Source of the DNA: Aureliella sp.
GTDB lineage: Bacteria; Planctomycetota; Planctomycetia; Pirellulales; Pirellulaceae
Assembly: GCA_963691875.1 (NCBI GenBank)
Contig: OY829846.1
Span: 3,968,001-4,032,000 of the forward strand
DNA: 64,000 nucleotides
Direction of reading: 5' to 3'
The notes beneath the pieces were generated by a model. It was not told the origin of the DNA. It worked only from the letters and a program-made list of their open reading frames with translations, and ran no database searches. The position numbers were made by a program, and so were the translations under genes. Shown piece by piece: positions 40,360 through 50,883 of the stretch. Positions within the stretch are counted from its first letter, which is position 1, and each line of letters begins with the position of its first letter.

Positions 40360-41256
40360 ATGGCCGCTGTTGAACAATACCTAAAACCGGAACTTGCCGC
40401 TCAGATCAAGCGATTGGACTTGCGCGCGAAGATGGTAATCCGTGGTTTCTTGCAAGGCCTGCATGCTAGCCCTTTCCACGGTTTCAGCGTCGAGTTCAGC
40501 GAGCATCGTCGCTACGCCGCCGGAGACGATCCGAAGGACATTGACTGGATCGCTTACGCGAAGACCGGGAAGTACTACGTCAAGAAGTTCGAATCGGAAA
40601 CCAATCTAACTGGTTACTTGGCTATCGATCTAAGTAGATCGATGGACTACACCTATCAACAACAGCTGACCAAGCTGGATTACTGCATCTGCCTATCAGC
40701 TGCACTGGCTTATCTAATGATCCAACAGCAGGATCCAGTGGGGTTGGTCACTTTCGACACCAAGCTCGGGGCGAGTGTCCCGCCGCGCAGTCGCCGTGGC
40801 CAACTGGCGACCATCCTTAGCCAGCTGACAAAACTCAAAGTTGCCGGAGAAACTGACCTGGCTGGCTCCTTGGTTCAACTTGCCGCAATGCTGCGAAACC
40901 GAAGCCTGATCATGATCTTCAGCGACTTGCTCACTGAAGAAGATCCCATGCTCAAATCGCTTCGCAATCTTCGACATGCCGGACACGACATCATCGTATT
41001 CCACGTCCTCGACGAAGCAGAAGTAACTTTTCCCTTTAAAGGCATGGTGCAACTGCGTGATCCAGAATCTGGGGCCAGTGAGCCGGTCCGCGCCGCTGAT
41101 GCTGGCGAGGAATATCGCAAGACAATCGAAAAGTTCCGCAGCCGTCTAGATAAAGAATTCTCAGAGAGCGGGATCGACTATGTTCCACTCGACACCAGCA
41201 TGCCCTACGACAAAGCCTTGATGGAGTATTTATTGCGGAGACGAAACCGCTTCTAG
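40360..41256 (+). CDS. DUF58 domain protein with vWA-like MIDAS
   Basis: GLHASPFHGFSVEFSEHRRY..GDD...IDW, AIDLSRSM, IFSDL. Confidence 0.92.
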   Translation: MAAVEQYLKPELAAQIKRLDLRAKMVIRGFLQGLHASPFHGFSVEFSEHRRYAAGDDPKDIDWIAYAKTGKYYVKKFESETNLTGYLAIDLSRSMDYTYQQQLTKLDYCICLSAALAYLMIQQQDPVGLVTFDTKLGASVPPRSRRGQLATILSQLTKLKVAGETDLAGSLVQLAAMLRNRSLIMIFSDLLTEEDPMLKSLRNLRHAGHDIIVFHVLDEAEVTFPFKGMVQLRDPESGASEPVRAADAGEEYRKTIEKFRSRLDKEFSESGIDYVPLDTSMPYDKALMEYLLRRRNRF

Positions 41257-41275
41257 CAAACATGGCTAGAAAAGC

Positions 41276-41297
41276 AGTGGGATTCGTCAGAATTCCT
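41276..41297 (+). repeat. Solo copy of the REP-like unit also found at 60029-60050
   Basis: AGTGGGATTCGTCAGAATTCCT vs AGTGGGATTTGCCAGAATTCCT: 20/22 identical. Confidence 0.6.
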
Positions 41298-41418
41298 TAC
41301 AACTCAATTTTTCATAGACCCCCGCTACCCACTCAAAATTGACTCGACACATTTCCGTGAACAACCTCGCATTACTCACAACTACTCCGAGAAAGATCCA
41401 ACGGAAAGGAGAAAGTAG

Positions 41419-43788
41419 TTGACTTTTCTGCATATCTCCTTGTTGGCAGGTGTCGCGGCGATCACCGTTCCGATCATGATGCACCTGTTCGGTCAGCGAC
41501 AACCACAGCTGATTGATTTCCCGGCGCTGCGTTTCGTGAAGGAAACCCGACAGGAACAAAGCACTAGCTGGCAACTTCGACACATCCTGTTGCTCTTACT
41601 CCGGATACTGCTTCTCGCTGCACTGGCACTTGCCGTCGCGCGACCTCGAGTCCACAGCTCTTTGATCAACAGTATCTTCAGCGTTTCTGCCGTGGCGGTT
41701 TGCGCTGCCTTGGCAACAGTCGTGGCCTTCGCGGCATTAGCCGGCAGGCGTTCGAGAACGGTTTTGCTGACCTGCAGTATCATTGCCCTCGGCTTGTGGG
41801 TCATCACGTTCGTGTGGGGCGTACAAAGCTTCTCCGGTAGTCCACCGGTTCCAACTGGCGACAATAGCGCGCCAGTTGCTGCAGCGATCATCGTGGACAA
41901 CGGACCAACCATGGCTTACCGCAATGACAATTCGCTGCGTTTGGAAAGCGCGAAAGAACATGCAACTTGGGTGCTCGACAAACTACCGCGGGAAAGCAAA
42001 GTTGGCGTGCTGCTCGGAGCTCCGGTCAGCTCACTTGTCCTAGATCCGACAACGGCGAAGACCCAAGTCAAGTTGCTAGAAACACGCGGCGCTCATGTCG
42101 ATCTTCTTTCAAGATTGCGAACCGCGATCGACCTTGTACTCAAAAGTGAGCTGGAGCGAAAAGAAATCTACATCATCACAGATATGATGGCTCCCGCTTG
42201 GTCTACGCCGCAACCAGGATTGCAAGAACTTCTGCGAGAGCATCAAGGAGAAGTGCTCGTTCAGATCATCGACACTGGCATTCAGGACACGACAAACTGG
42301 TCGCTGGGAGATCCACAACCAAACTTTGAGTCCGTCGCAGTGGGCGGCAATGTGGAGATTGAAGTCCTGATCCAAAGACCATCGCAAACACCGAAAAACA
42401 CAAGTGTTACGGTAGAGCTGCTAAAGGAAAAAATCGACCACCGGCTTCCTATCTTGCGTAGCGGAGAATTGAAAACCGCTCAAAGCTCAGTCGTGGATCG
42501 TAAAGTCCTCGATCTGTCCGATAAGACATCGGAACAAGTAACGCTCAAAGCGAACAGCCTCGAGAGAGGTGTTCATCACTTTACGATTCGTATCGACAAG
42601 ACTGATCCCTTGGCTATCGACAACGAGCGATTTCTATCCATCGAAGCCAGGCCGATCCAACCGACTTTGGTGATCTCTGACAATGTTTCATTGGCCGAAC
42701 AGATCCTAGAACCTATCGTCGGTACCTTTGGAAAGTCGTCTTCCGGTGCGCAAACCAGCGCCAACATTCGCTTCTCTCAGATTGGCCAAACACCACTCGA
42801 GCGGTACTCGCTTTTGTGGCTCGACAATCCTCCGCCGATGTCCGAACAAAATGCGACCAAACTTGTTGAGTTTGTAGAGCAGGGCGGTAGCATCCTGATG
42901 ACTCTCGGACCCAATATGGGTAGCGTTGAAATCAAGAACAACGCGTTGGCTCAATTTCTGCCTGGACAGCTCGAAGAGCTCACCTCGCGCGATCGTTTTA
43001 ATTCCGACGCTTTCCTGACACCCGTCGCACTATCGCATCCGATGTTCCAAGATTGGGGTGATAGCATCACCGATCAAATTTGGAATCGCTTTAGCATTTA
43101 CAACAATTGGAAATTCGACTCACTCTCCGAAAATGCGGCAACCATCATGCAATATAGCGATAATGACGCGCCCGCCATCATCGTGGAAAGCGTTGGCAAA
43201 GGACAGATACTCACCTTTACCACTCCGCTGCCCGATGTGCCCCAAAGAGATCGGCCCGAATGGAACAACCTGTGGAGTATCGACAATCCGTACGAGGCCT
43301 TCTCCCTGCTTCGAGGTGCACTCGCAAGTTTGTACGGGGCTTCTCGAGAGAGTCTGAATCATCAAGTCGCAACGCCGATCAGCCTGCGAAATGATGAAAC
43401 TCGTTGGCCTTCAAAATACGAGCTTTATATGCCCAATGCGAAAACGAAACGGGTCGAGGCGATATCTGGCAGCTTAGATGTCGGAACGTTTGAAGGTGTC
43501 GGCATTTATCGCTTGCGTGGGCTTAGAGGGGACCCCATCACTCGCGGCTTTAGCATCAATGCTCCAGCCGCTGACACCGAACTTATCCGAATCGACCCCA
43601 CTGCGCTCGAAGAGTTACTGGGCTCCGAAAATTATCGAGTCGCCAGCAATCGCAGTGAAGTAGAAAGCAGCGTTGGACAAGCTCGTTTTGGTCGTGAACT
43701 TTACCCAATGCTAATGCTATTGGTCGCTGGCCTATTCTTAGCAGAACAAGCCATGTCCAATTTGTTTTACAAGATCAAGTTTCGTTAG
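41419..43788 (+). CDS. BatA N-terminal domain / vWA-like membrane protein
   Basis: MTFLH..LLAG...VPIMMHL....P....FPALRF, LLLLLRILL..ARP; degenerate MIDAS (VDNGPTM); C-terminal TM ending LAEQ. Confidence 0.88.
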   Translation: MTFLHISLLAGVAAITVPIMMHLFGQRQPQLIDFPALRFVKETRQEQSTSWQLRHILLLLLRILLLAALALAVARPRVHSSLINSIFSVSAVAVCAALATVVAFAALAGRRSRTVLLTCSIIALGLWVITFVWGVQSFSGSPPVPTGDNSAPVAAAIIVDNGPTMAYRNDNSLRLESAKEHATWVLDKLPRESKVGVLLGAPVSSLVLDPTTAKTQVKLLETRGAHVDLLSRLRTAIDLVLKSELERKEIYIITDMMAPAWSTPQPGLQELLREHQGEVLVQIIDTGIQDTTNWSLGDPQPNFESVAVGGNVEIEVLIQRPSQTPKNTSVTVELLKEKIDHRLPILRSGELKTAQSSVVDRKVLDLSDKTSEQVTLKANSLERGVHHFTIRIDKTDPLAIDNERFLSIEARPIQPTLVISDNVSLAEQILEPIVGTFGKSSSGAQTSANIRFSQIGQTPLERYSLLWLDNPPPMSEQNATKLVEFVEQGGSILMTLGPNMGSVEIKNNALAQFLPGQLEELTSRDRFNSDAFLTPVALSHPMFQDWGDSITDQIWNRFSIYNNWKFDSLSENAATIMQYSDNDAPAIIVESVGKGQILTFTTPLPDVPQRDRPEWNNLWSIDNPYEAFSLLRGALASLYGASRESLNHQVATPISLRNDETRWPSKYELYMPNAKTKRVEAISGSLDVGTFEGVGIYRLRGLRGDPITRGFSINAPAADTELIRIDPTALEELLGSENYRVASNRSEVESSVGQARFGRELYPMLMLLVAGLFLAEQAMSNLFYKIKFR

Positions 43789-43827
43789 TTCTTTCTTGCC
43801 GCTAGCCATTCGCCGTAAGGTCCAACC

Positions 43828-46119
43828 TTGGAACTTTTCGATCAAATCAGCCTCGATCCCGTCTTCGGCTGGACCATTTTGGTTCCAGTGGCGGTTCTGT
43901 TGATTGCCAGCTTGTGGTTATCCTTTACGAGCCAGGGACTCAGTCGCTCGAAACGCTTCACGTTGTTCATGCTGCGTTTCGGAGCCATGCTGATTCTCAT
44001 CCTTGGCTGTCTTCGCCCTAGTTTGGTCTCCGAAGTCACCCGAGAAACGCCCGGCGCCATTGCTGTCCTGATGGATACCTCGAAGAGCATGGAGTTGCCT
44101 AGCGAGGCATCCGACATGACACGTTGGGAAGCGCAGATTCAAATTTGGAATAGGATTGAGTCCTCGACGAATCTGACCCTTGGTGAAACCAAGATCATTC
44201 CGTACTTTTATTCTGACAAGCCTGTCCCCGTCGATGCCGAAGATCTGCCCAAACTGCAGAAGAGCTTCGGGAACGAACCTACCGGCCGCGTCACTGACTT
44301 GGGTCAAACCCTCTCCGAGATCTCGCAATTGCAGGTAGAACCACCTTTGCGTGGGGTCATTTTGATTGGCGATGCGACGCAAACGGTTGTTCCAGCGACT
44401 ATTGACCCTAGCTTGATCGCGCGGCAGATGGGTCAACTCGATCAACCTGTCTTGATGGTTGGTCTTGGAAATCGAGGTGATGCGAGCCAGATTCGCGATA
44501 TTGCCGTGGAGGGATTGCCTGAGAAGTACCCCGCTTTCGTCAAAAAAGAGATCGGGGTGCGTTTTGTAGTCAACGCCAAGGGGATGCAAAACCGACCAGT
44601 GCAGCTTGAACTCCGTCTGCGAGCAAGCGGCAAGAAAGACATCCTGGTTGGTACCAAGAAGATTACTCCTGCGCGATCCAAACAGCTACTCCCGCAAGAA
44701 TTCACAATCGAAGTCGACGAGGCTGGCGATTACTTGCTGGAAGTCAGTGCAATAGTGGATGGTGACGACCAGATTCCTTCCAACAACACTGCTCTCAGCT
44801 TCATCTCAGTGCGCGAGGGCGGAGCCAAGATCCTGCTCATCGATACGGTACGCTCTGAATCGCGCTTCACGCGTCTTTCTATTAGCGATTCGCCCGACTT
44901 CGATGTCGAGTACTATCCCATGACAGTGCTTGACCGTAAGAACCGCAGAGGCCAGCCAAAGCGAATTGAGCAGGATATTGAGTTCCGTGACTACGACGTC
45001 ATCATCATCGGAAATGTCCACCAGTCCGAAATCTCTCCGGCGGCTCAACAAGCCATCGTTCGTCGTGTTCGCGAGGGCATGGGCATCATCTTCACTGGAG
45101 GATACTATAGCTTCGCCGCCGGAGGTTATGGCGAGTCACGGATGCGCGAATTGTTCCCAGTTGAATTAGGCCGGGGCCAAGGCCAACGCTTTGACCAGCC
45201 CATCAATCGGAGTTTTCATGTTGAAGGCGATGTGAAGATTCAAAAGATCACCAACCCTCACCCAATCACCACGATCATGACCGAGCCAGAGAACTCGGAC
45301 ATGTGGGCCGCCTTGCCAGCGCTAGACGGAATGAACCGGTTGAGCCCGAAAACTACCGCCCCTGGTGTTCAAGTCTTGCTGATGAGCACAAATTACGATC
45401 CCATTTTGGTCAAGGGACAAGCAAGCAATGGGCGCGTCCTATCTCTCGCCGCAGACACAACATACCGCTGGTGGTTGGCGGGAAAAAAGAATCTCTGCAA
45501 GCAATTCTGGCGACAGGCTATTTTGTGGCTGATCAATCGGGAAAACCTGAGCGAAGGTTTTAAGCTCGACATGGAAACGCGCAGAATGTTGGTCGACCAA
45601 ACGCCCGACATGAGCATTCAGTGGTTTGCTGGTACAGAAGAAAAACCCATGCCCGAAGACGCAAAGATTCAACTCTCTCGCGATGGCCTGGAAATAAATA
45701 CCTTGATCCCAACCAAGTCAGGTCCAAACCGAATGGAGCTTCGGTTGAGCGGACTTCGTCAGCCTGGTTTGTACCGAGCGAAGCTAGAAGCCAAAGAATC
45801 AGACGGAACGTCTTACCAAAGTGACATAGCCTTTGTGGTCAAAGATGAATCGCGTGAACTCGCTCGACCCGATGCGGATTGGCAAATGATGAAAAATATC
45901 GTGTCCGCAAATCAAGCTGCTGAGGGCCGATTGGTTCTGCCAGATGAAATCGACCGAGCGATCCAATTGCTCAGAGATCGGCAAGAGTCAGCTAAAATAA
46001 CCTCAATTGAGAAGCGTCAGCTTGGTGATTCACCAGTCGACTCCTGGGCATTTCTTGTTGTATTTTGCGTTCTGATGAGTATCGAGTGGGGTCTGCGGAA
46101 GTCCTGGCAACTCCCTTAG
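43828..46119 (+). CDS. Membrane protein with vWA-like, Ig-like and glutamine-amidotransferase-like domains (Bat cluster partner)
   Basis: LRP..MDTSKSM MIDAS, YDVIIIGNV..GMGIIFTGGYYSF, W.QAILWL, C-terminal EWGLRK. Confidence 0.8.
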   Translation: MELFDQISLDPVFGWTILVPVAVLLIASLWLSFTSQGLSRSKRFTLFMLRFGAMLILILGCLRPSLVSEVTRETPGAIAVLMDTSKSMELPSEASDMTRWEAQIQIWNRIESSTNLTLGETKIIPYFYSDKPVPVDAEDLPKLQKSFGNEPTGRVTDLGQTLSEISQLQVEPPLRGVILIGDATQTVVPATIDPSLIARQMGQLDQPVLMVGLGNRGDASQIRDIAVEGLPEKYPAFVKKEIGVRFVVNAKGMQNRPVQLELRLRASGKKDILVGTKKITPARSKQLLPQEFTIEVDEAGDYLLEVSAIVDGDDQIPSNNTALSFISVREGGAKILLIDTVRSESRFTRLSISDSPDFDVEYYPMTVLDRKNRRGQPKRIEQDIEFRDYDVIIIGNVHQSEISPAAQQAIVRRVREGMGIIFTGGYYSFAAGGYGESRMRELFPVELGRGQGQRFDQPINRSFHVEGDVKIQKITNPHPITTIMTEPENSDMWAALPALDGMNRLSPKTTAPGVQVLLMSTNYDPILVKGQASNGRVLSLAADTTYRWWLAGKKNLCKQFWRQAILWLINRENLSEGFKLDMETRRMLVDQTPDMSIQWFAGTEEKPMPEDAKIQLSRDGLEINTLIPTKSGPNRMELRLSGLRQPGLYRAKLEAKESDGTSYQSDIAFVVKDESRELARPDADWQMMKNIVSANQAAEGRLVLPDEIDRAIQLLRDRQESAKITSIEKRQLGDSPVDSWAFLVVFCVLMSIEWGLRKSWQLP

Positions 46120-46415
46120 TTCTGTTGAACAAGTGGAAACCCGAAGCATCAGCGCCGAGAACGCCGATTTACACAAGACAATAAACCACCCAAAATAGCG
46201 GTTTAGCCACACTCACCCCTTGCCGATCATGGAATAATATTTGGCATAAGTCTTGAATATTGATGTTCGCTGCCTGGCTTGCTCTGAATCCAGATGGACT
46301 GTGTAACGTAAATTTGCCCGTCAACGCGTTGTGAAACTGGTTCAAGCACGGTTAAAAGAGGCTGAGGGCGTGAAGCAGGACAGTTGTCCCATCCAACTCT
46401 TAATTTGAGATCGAC

Positions 46416-47663
46416 ATGAAAGATAGCTACGACGTCATCGTCATTGGCGGAGGTCCTGCCGGCTGTACTGCGGCAAGCTTGGTGACTGAAGGTGGTCAGT
46501 CTACATTGCTGCTGGAACGTGAGAGTGTTCCGCGATTCCACGTCGGCGAATCGTTGATGCCAGAATGCTACTGGCCGCTCCAGCGCCTCGGCATGGTCGA
46601 TCGAATGAAATCCAGCAAATTCACGAAGAAGAAGAGCGTACAGTTCGTTGGAGCCAGTGGTCGCACTTCCGCACCGTTCTATTTCGAACAAAATGATCCA
46701 CGCGAGAACAGCACGACATGGCAAGTCGAGAGGGCCGACTTCGACAAGATGCTTTGGGATCGAGCGAGTGAGCTGGGCGCTGATTGTCACGACGAAACGC
46801 GAGTGCTTGATATCCTTCTCGATGACGACGAACGTTGCTCTGGAGTAAAAGTCCGTACCAAAGACGGCGAGGTCAAGACGATTGAGTCCAAAGTCGTCAT
46901 GGATGGCTCTGGACAGTCTTCCCTGATCGCCAACAAACTCGGGCTTCGCGAAGACATCCCGTCTCTTAAGAAAGCTGCAATCTGGAGCTACTACAAAAAC
47001 GCCAAGCGAGATGAGGGCGACAACGCGGGTGCGACAATCGTGATGCACACCACCGAAAAAGACAGCTGGTTCTGGTATATTCCACTGAGCGATGACGTAA
47101 CCAGCATCGGCTGTGTGGGTGACAATGACTACATGCTTAAGCAAGGAATGAAGAGCGAGGAACGCTACAATGTGGAGCTCGAGCGATGCCCAGGATTGCA
47201 GTCTCGCCTAGAAGGTGCTGAGCGTTGTGACAAAGTGCACGTTGCCAAGGAATATTCCTACTGGACGCATCGGCATGCTGGAGACGGCTGGGTATTGATC
47301 GGTGATGCTTTCGGGTTCATCGATCCGCTCTACTCGTCTGGCGTCTACTTTGCTCTGGTCATGGGTGAGAGAGCTGCCGACGCCGTCAACGCGGGCTTTC
47401 AGAAGAACGATCTTGGTGCTGGCCAACTTAGTTCGTGGTGCGAGAGCTTCAAGCAAGGTTCGAGCTTAATCCGCAAACTGGTTGAGGCCTTCTACACCAA
47501 AGAATTCAGTTTCGCAGGCTTCCTAAAAGACAACCCGGAGTTCCAAGGCAACTTGACCGACTTGCTGATTGGCAGGATTTTCTACGACGGGGCTGGAAAC
47601 ATCTTTGACGAAATGGACCCCGCCGTTGCTAAGGCTCAAGCTGGAAAGATGATGGCGTCGTAA
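46416..47663 (+). CDS. FAD-dependent oxidoreductase of the flavin-dependent halogenase family
   Basis: GGGPAG, PRFHVGESL, WFWYIP (WxWxIP), GDAFGFIDPLYSSG. Confidence 0.88.
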   Translation: MKDSYDVIVIGGGPAGCTAASLVTEGGQSTLLLERESVPRFHVGESLMPECYWPLQRLGMVDRMKSSKFTKKKSVQFVGASGRTSAPFYFEQNDPRENSTTWQVERADFDKMLWDRASELGADCHDETRVLDILLDDDERCSGVKVRTKDGEVKTIESKVVMDGSGQSSLIANKLGLREDIPSLKKAAIWSYYKNAKRDEGDNAGATIVMHTTEKDSWFWYIPLSDDVTSIGCVGDNDYMLKQGMKSEERYNVELERCPGLQSRLEGAERCDKVHVAKEYSYWTHRHAGDGWVLIGDAFGFIDPLYSSGVYFALVMGERAADAVNAGFQKNDLGAGQLSSWCESFKQGSSLIRKLVEAFYTKEFSFAGFLKDNPEFQGNLTDLLIGRIFYDGAGNIFDEMDPAVAKAQAGKMMAS

Positions 47664-47699
47664 CCGTGGGCTTCGTGCACTTGACGCAGCCTACGGCTA
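47661..47699. repeat. REP-like palindrome after the halogenase-like gene
   Basis: CCGTGGGCT-TCGTGCACTTGACGC-AGCCTACGG stem-loop; a related AGCCTACG...CGTAGGCT palindrome occurs at 36-67. Confidence 0.55.
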
Positions 47700-47969
47700 A
47701 TGTCTCGCTGCAAGCGCCGGTCAGAAGCGCGGTATATCTTTGGGTCTCTAACGTTGTGTCTTTCTGTTGGCATAATGGCAGACTACCGGCACGAATTTAC
47801 AACCGAGCCGAAGCTTTCTACGCACTTGAACGCTTGCTTTTTCTTGCCACGATAGAGACGCGGCCACAATGAGGCTCAAGGAGCTCGTCTGTCCAATCCT
47901 CGTTGGCAACATTGCTCCCGCCTCGCCAACAGTTCTTCGGCCTGCCTGTCCATTTTTTTGAGACCCAAC

Positions 47970-48218
47970 ATGCCACGCACTGCGCGCGAAGTACTCGACC
48001 AAGAATTCCTGCAGATCCGAGCCAAGATCCTTGAGATTGGTGCATTTTATGATCGCCTGGGCGAGGCAGAAGCTAGCAACATCAGCCAGGAGCACCTTGA
48101 GTTACTAAATCGCGGCTGCGAAATCCTCAATGACGATCAAGGAGACAAGGCCGCCCGAATCCAGTTGCTCTTCAGCCGCGACTACGACGCCGACTGGCGC
48201 GACAAGTTTGCCCTCTGA
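47970..48218 (+). CDS. Conserved-looking small hypothetical protein (82 aa)
   Basis: MPRTAREVLDQEFLQIRAKILEIGAFYDRL...IQLLFS.DYD.DW; helical, co-oriented with the TatD gene. Confidence 0.8.
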   Translation: MPRTAREVLDQEFLQIRAKILEIGAFYDRLGEAEASNISQEHLELLNRGCEILNDDQGDKAARIQLLFSRDYDADWRDKFAL

Positions 48219-48267
48219 CGTTTCGCGAACCATTTCTCCAATACTCCATTTCGCCCTGAGTCCTCAT

Positions 48268-49110
48268 ATGTACTATGTCGACCCCCACATCCACATGGTT
48301 TCCCGCACGACGGACGACTACGAAACCCTGGCAAAGATGGGCTGTGTCGCCATGAGCGAACCTGCGTTTTGGGCGGGGTACGATCGCGGCAGTGTGGATG
48401 GTTTCCGAGACTACTTTCGACAGTTGACTGACACCGAGCCAAAGCGAGCGGCACAGTACGGCATTCAACATTTTACATGGCTATGCATCAACGCTAAAGA
48501 GGCTGAGAACGTAACGCTTTCTCGCGAAGTTATCGCGATGATCCCAGAGTTTCTCGACTGCCCGAATGTGCTTGGCATTGGTGAGATTGGCCTGAACAAA
48601 AACACCAAGAATGAAGCCACCGTGTTCCTTGAGCACATGGAACTGGCCATTGAGCACGATCAGCAGATTCTGATCCACACGCCTCACTTGGAAGACAAGT
48701 ACCAAGGTACAAGGATGATTCTCGACATGCTCTGTACTGATTCTCGTGTCGACCCAAGCCGCGTGTTGGTGGACCATGTCGAAGAGCACACCATTGAACT
48801 AGTACTGGAACGTGGCTTCTGGGCTGGCATGACTCTCTATCCAATCAGCAAGTGTACACCTCAGCGTGCTGCTGACATGATCGAGAAGTATCGCTCAGAG
48901 CGACTGATGGCCAACTCGGCTGGTGACTGGGGCCCAAGCAAGCCGACTGCTATCCCCGACTTAATCATGGAATTGCGTCGACGCGGTCACAGCGAAGAAT
49001 TCATTCGCAAGTCAGTATACGACAATCCAGTCGCTTTCTTCTCGCAAAGCACGAAGTTTGATTTCGTTCGCCCCGAACATCGCAACTTGGGTGAGCAATC
49101 TTCGAACTAA
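48268..49110 (+). CDS. TatD-family metallohydrolase (EboB-like)
   Basis: DPHIHMVSRTTDDYE, GIGEIG, IHTPH, LVDH, NSAGDWG. Start MYYVD at 48268. Confidence 0.88.
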   Translation: MYYVDPHIHMVSRTTDDYETLAKMGCVAMSEPAFWAGYDRGSVDGFRDYFRQLTDTEPKRAAQYGIQHFTWLCINAKEAENVTLSREVIAMIPEFLDCPNVLGIGEIGLNKNTKNEATVFLEHMELAIEHDQQILIHTPHLEDKYQGTRMILDMLCTDSRVDPSRVLVDHVEEHTIELVLERGFWAGMTLYPISKCTPQRAADMIEKYRSERLMANSAGDWGPSKPTAIPDLIMELRRRGHSEEFIRKSVYDNPVAFFSQSTKFDFVRPEHRNLGEQSSN

Positions 49111-49155
49111 GGAGTTCACTGGAACTTAGGCCTTGGCCGATTCTTCCTTGCCTGG

Positions 49156-50766
49156 CTACTCGTAGAATCGGCTCAGCCCGCGAATGCGATTGATCATGAC
49201 GTGCATGCAGAGCGTAATGACAATTAGGCCGCACAAAAAGATTGCAGCAAAGTCTGGCTTGTCAAAAATGTCTCCTTGGTAAAGCCAACAAAGTGTACTG
49301 TACGCAACGAGACACAGTACACTCTTCGCGAACAGAAACCTGCGTTGGTAGTACATCGCACTCGACACAATCATCATCGGATAGCCAATCAGCAGAAGAG
49401 ACCTGGGTGGCTCCGCAAAAGCGATTAGCACGGTATAAATCAACGCATCCACGCAAAGCCAAGAGTAAATAGCTGCGTCCCGCCAGCGAGCCAAGTCGAC
49501 CCAGCTCTGCAAAAAGAACGAACCACTCAACCAGATTAGCAGCAAGCCCATACGATAGTAAAAATGCTCCGAGTACTCGCTGCGAAGCATATACGACACG
49601 CATACGATGATTGTGGTAACACCGATGCCAAGCGTATGTGCCGCTAGGATGGGTTCGCGTTGCCACCATTTGGTCAGTCTTAGAGCTAGCGATTCTTTGG
49701 GACTTTCAATGGGTTCACCTTGAAGCAAGCGCTGCAAGTCAGCTGCTAGATCAGCCGCCGTTTGATATCGCTCTGCGGGCTCTTTCTCAAGGGAGCGTAG
49801 GCAAACCCAATCCAATTCCGAGGACACATTCTTGTTCAGCTTAGACGGCTTTGCTGGCCGGCGACTGAGGACTTGCATAAGGACGTCAACGGGAGTTGGG
49901 CCGGAGAAAGCGGCTTGACCCGTGTTCAGAAAGTAGAGAATGGCCCCCAGAGCGTAGACATCCGCGCTTGGTCCGATTGCCTTTTCCTTGCCCGAAGCGT
50001 GCTCTGGCGTCATGTAGGCAGGCGTACCCAAGATTTGGCCTGTCGCCGTCAGCGATTGGTCACTGGCCACGACTTTGGCTAAACCAAAATCAATAATGAC
50101 CGGCTGACCGGCCTCGTTGATTATGACATTCGCTGGCTTCAGGTCGCGATGATAGACGCCAGACTCGTGTGCGTAAGCGATGGCGGAGCAGAGCCGATGC
50201 ACAATCTTGATCGCCTCATTTGCTTTTAGCGGAGATTCCGTTGCCAACGCTGCTAAGCTCTGCCCTTCGATGTAAGCCATCGTGTAATAAACGAGACCAT
50301 TCCAAGTGCCAACTTCAAAGATGGGTACGATACCTGGATGTGAGAGCGCTGCGGCCGCTTCCGCTTCGCTCATAAATCGCTGGACTTCCTCTTCGCTTGC
50401 TAGTTCCCCGGAGCGAATTAATTTCAGCGCGACGATGCGTTTTAACTTCTGATCCTTAGCCTTATAGACGACCCCCATGCCGCCACGATCAATCTCTTCG
50501 AGTATCTCGTAATCGGCCAAGAAGCGTGGTGGATTGCTGGCGATTGAACTCTCTTGCGCGGCTTGTCTCGTCGCTTCAGCTTGCTCTCTGACTTGACGAG
50601 CATCGCTTTTACCCGAGAACTGCTCGTGAACCTCAAAAAACGCTTTCAGTTCATTCGCATGCGAGGGGTAGCGAGCGACGAGCTGATTGGGGGACTGAGG
50701 TTGTCCTTCTTCTGCCGCCAGCATGAACTCGGCGATGATTTGTTCGATGCTCTTCGATTCTGACAT
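49156..50766 (-). CDS. Hanks-type Ser/Thr protein kinase with C-terminal TM helices
   Basis: GGMGVVY, VALK, HRDLKPAN, DFG, GTPAYMTPE; N-terminal 'EF..A.E.G..P.....ARYP.HA.EL' segment typical of ECF-linked kinases. Likely start 50766. Confidence 0.93.
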   Translation of the reverse strand: MSESKSIEQIIAEFMLAAEEGQPQSPNQLVARYPSHANELKAFFEVHEQFSGKSDARQVREQAEATRQAAQESSIASNPPRFLADYEILEEIDRGGMGVVYKAKDQKLKRIVALKLIRSGELASEEEVQRFMSEAEAAAALSHPGIVPIFEVGTWNGLVYYTMAYIEGQSLAALATESPLKANEAIKIVHRLCSAIAYAHESGVYHRDLKPANVIINEAGQPVIIDFGLAKVVASDQSLTATGQILGTPAYMTPEHASGKEKAIGPSADVYALGAILYFLNTGQAAFSGPTPVDVLMQVLSRRPAKPSKLNKNVSSELDWVCLRSLEKEPAERYQTAADLAADLQRLLQGEPIESPKESLALRLTKWWQREPILAAHTLGIGVTTIIVCVSYMLRSEYSEHFYYRMGLLLIWLSGSFFLQSWVDLARWRDAAIYSWLCVDALIYTVLIAFAEPPRSLLLIGYPMMIVSSAMYYQRRFLFAKSVLCLVAYSTLCWLYQGDIFDKPDFAAIFLCGLIVITLCMHVMINRIRGLSRFYE

Positions 50767-50883
50767 ACTGACTTGAATTGGTTTCGCTGGTTTCGGAATT
50801 CGATATTCGAACCTTGGCGCCAACGACTGGGCGTTAAACGAGAAATCCGGACTCACTTGCTGAGCATCGTGCTTGTGTTGTCC

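Noticed and set aside
46227..47144. 305-aa minus-strand ORF
   Set aside because: Antisense shadow of the halogenase-family gene with no recognisable motifs.
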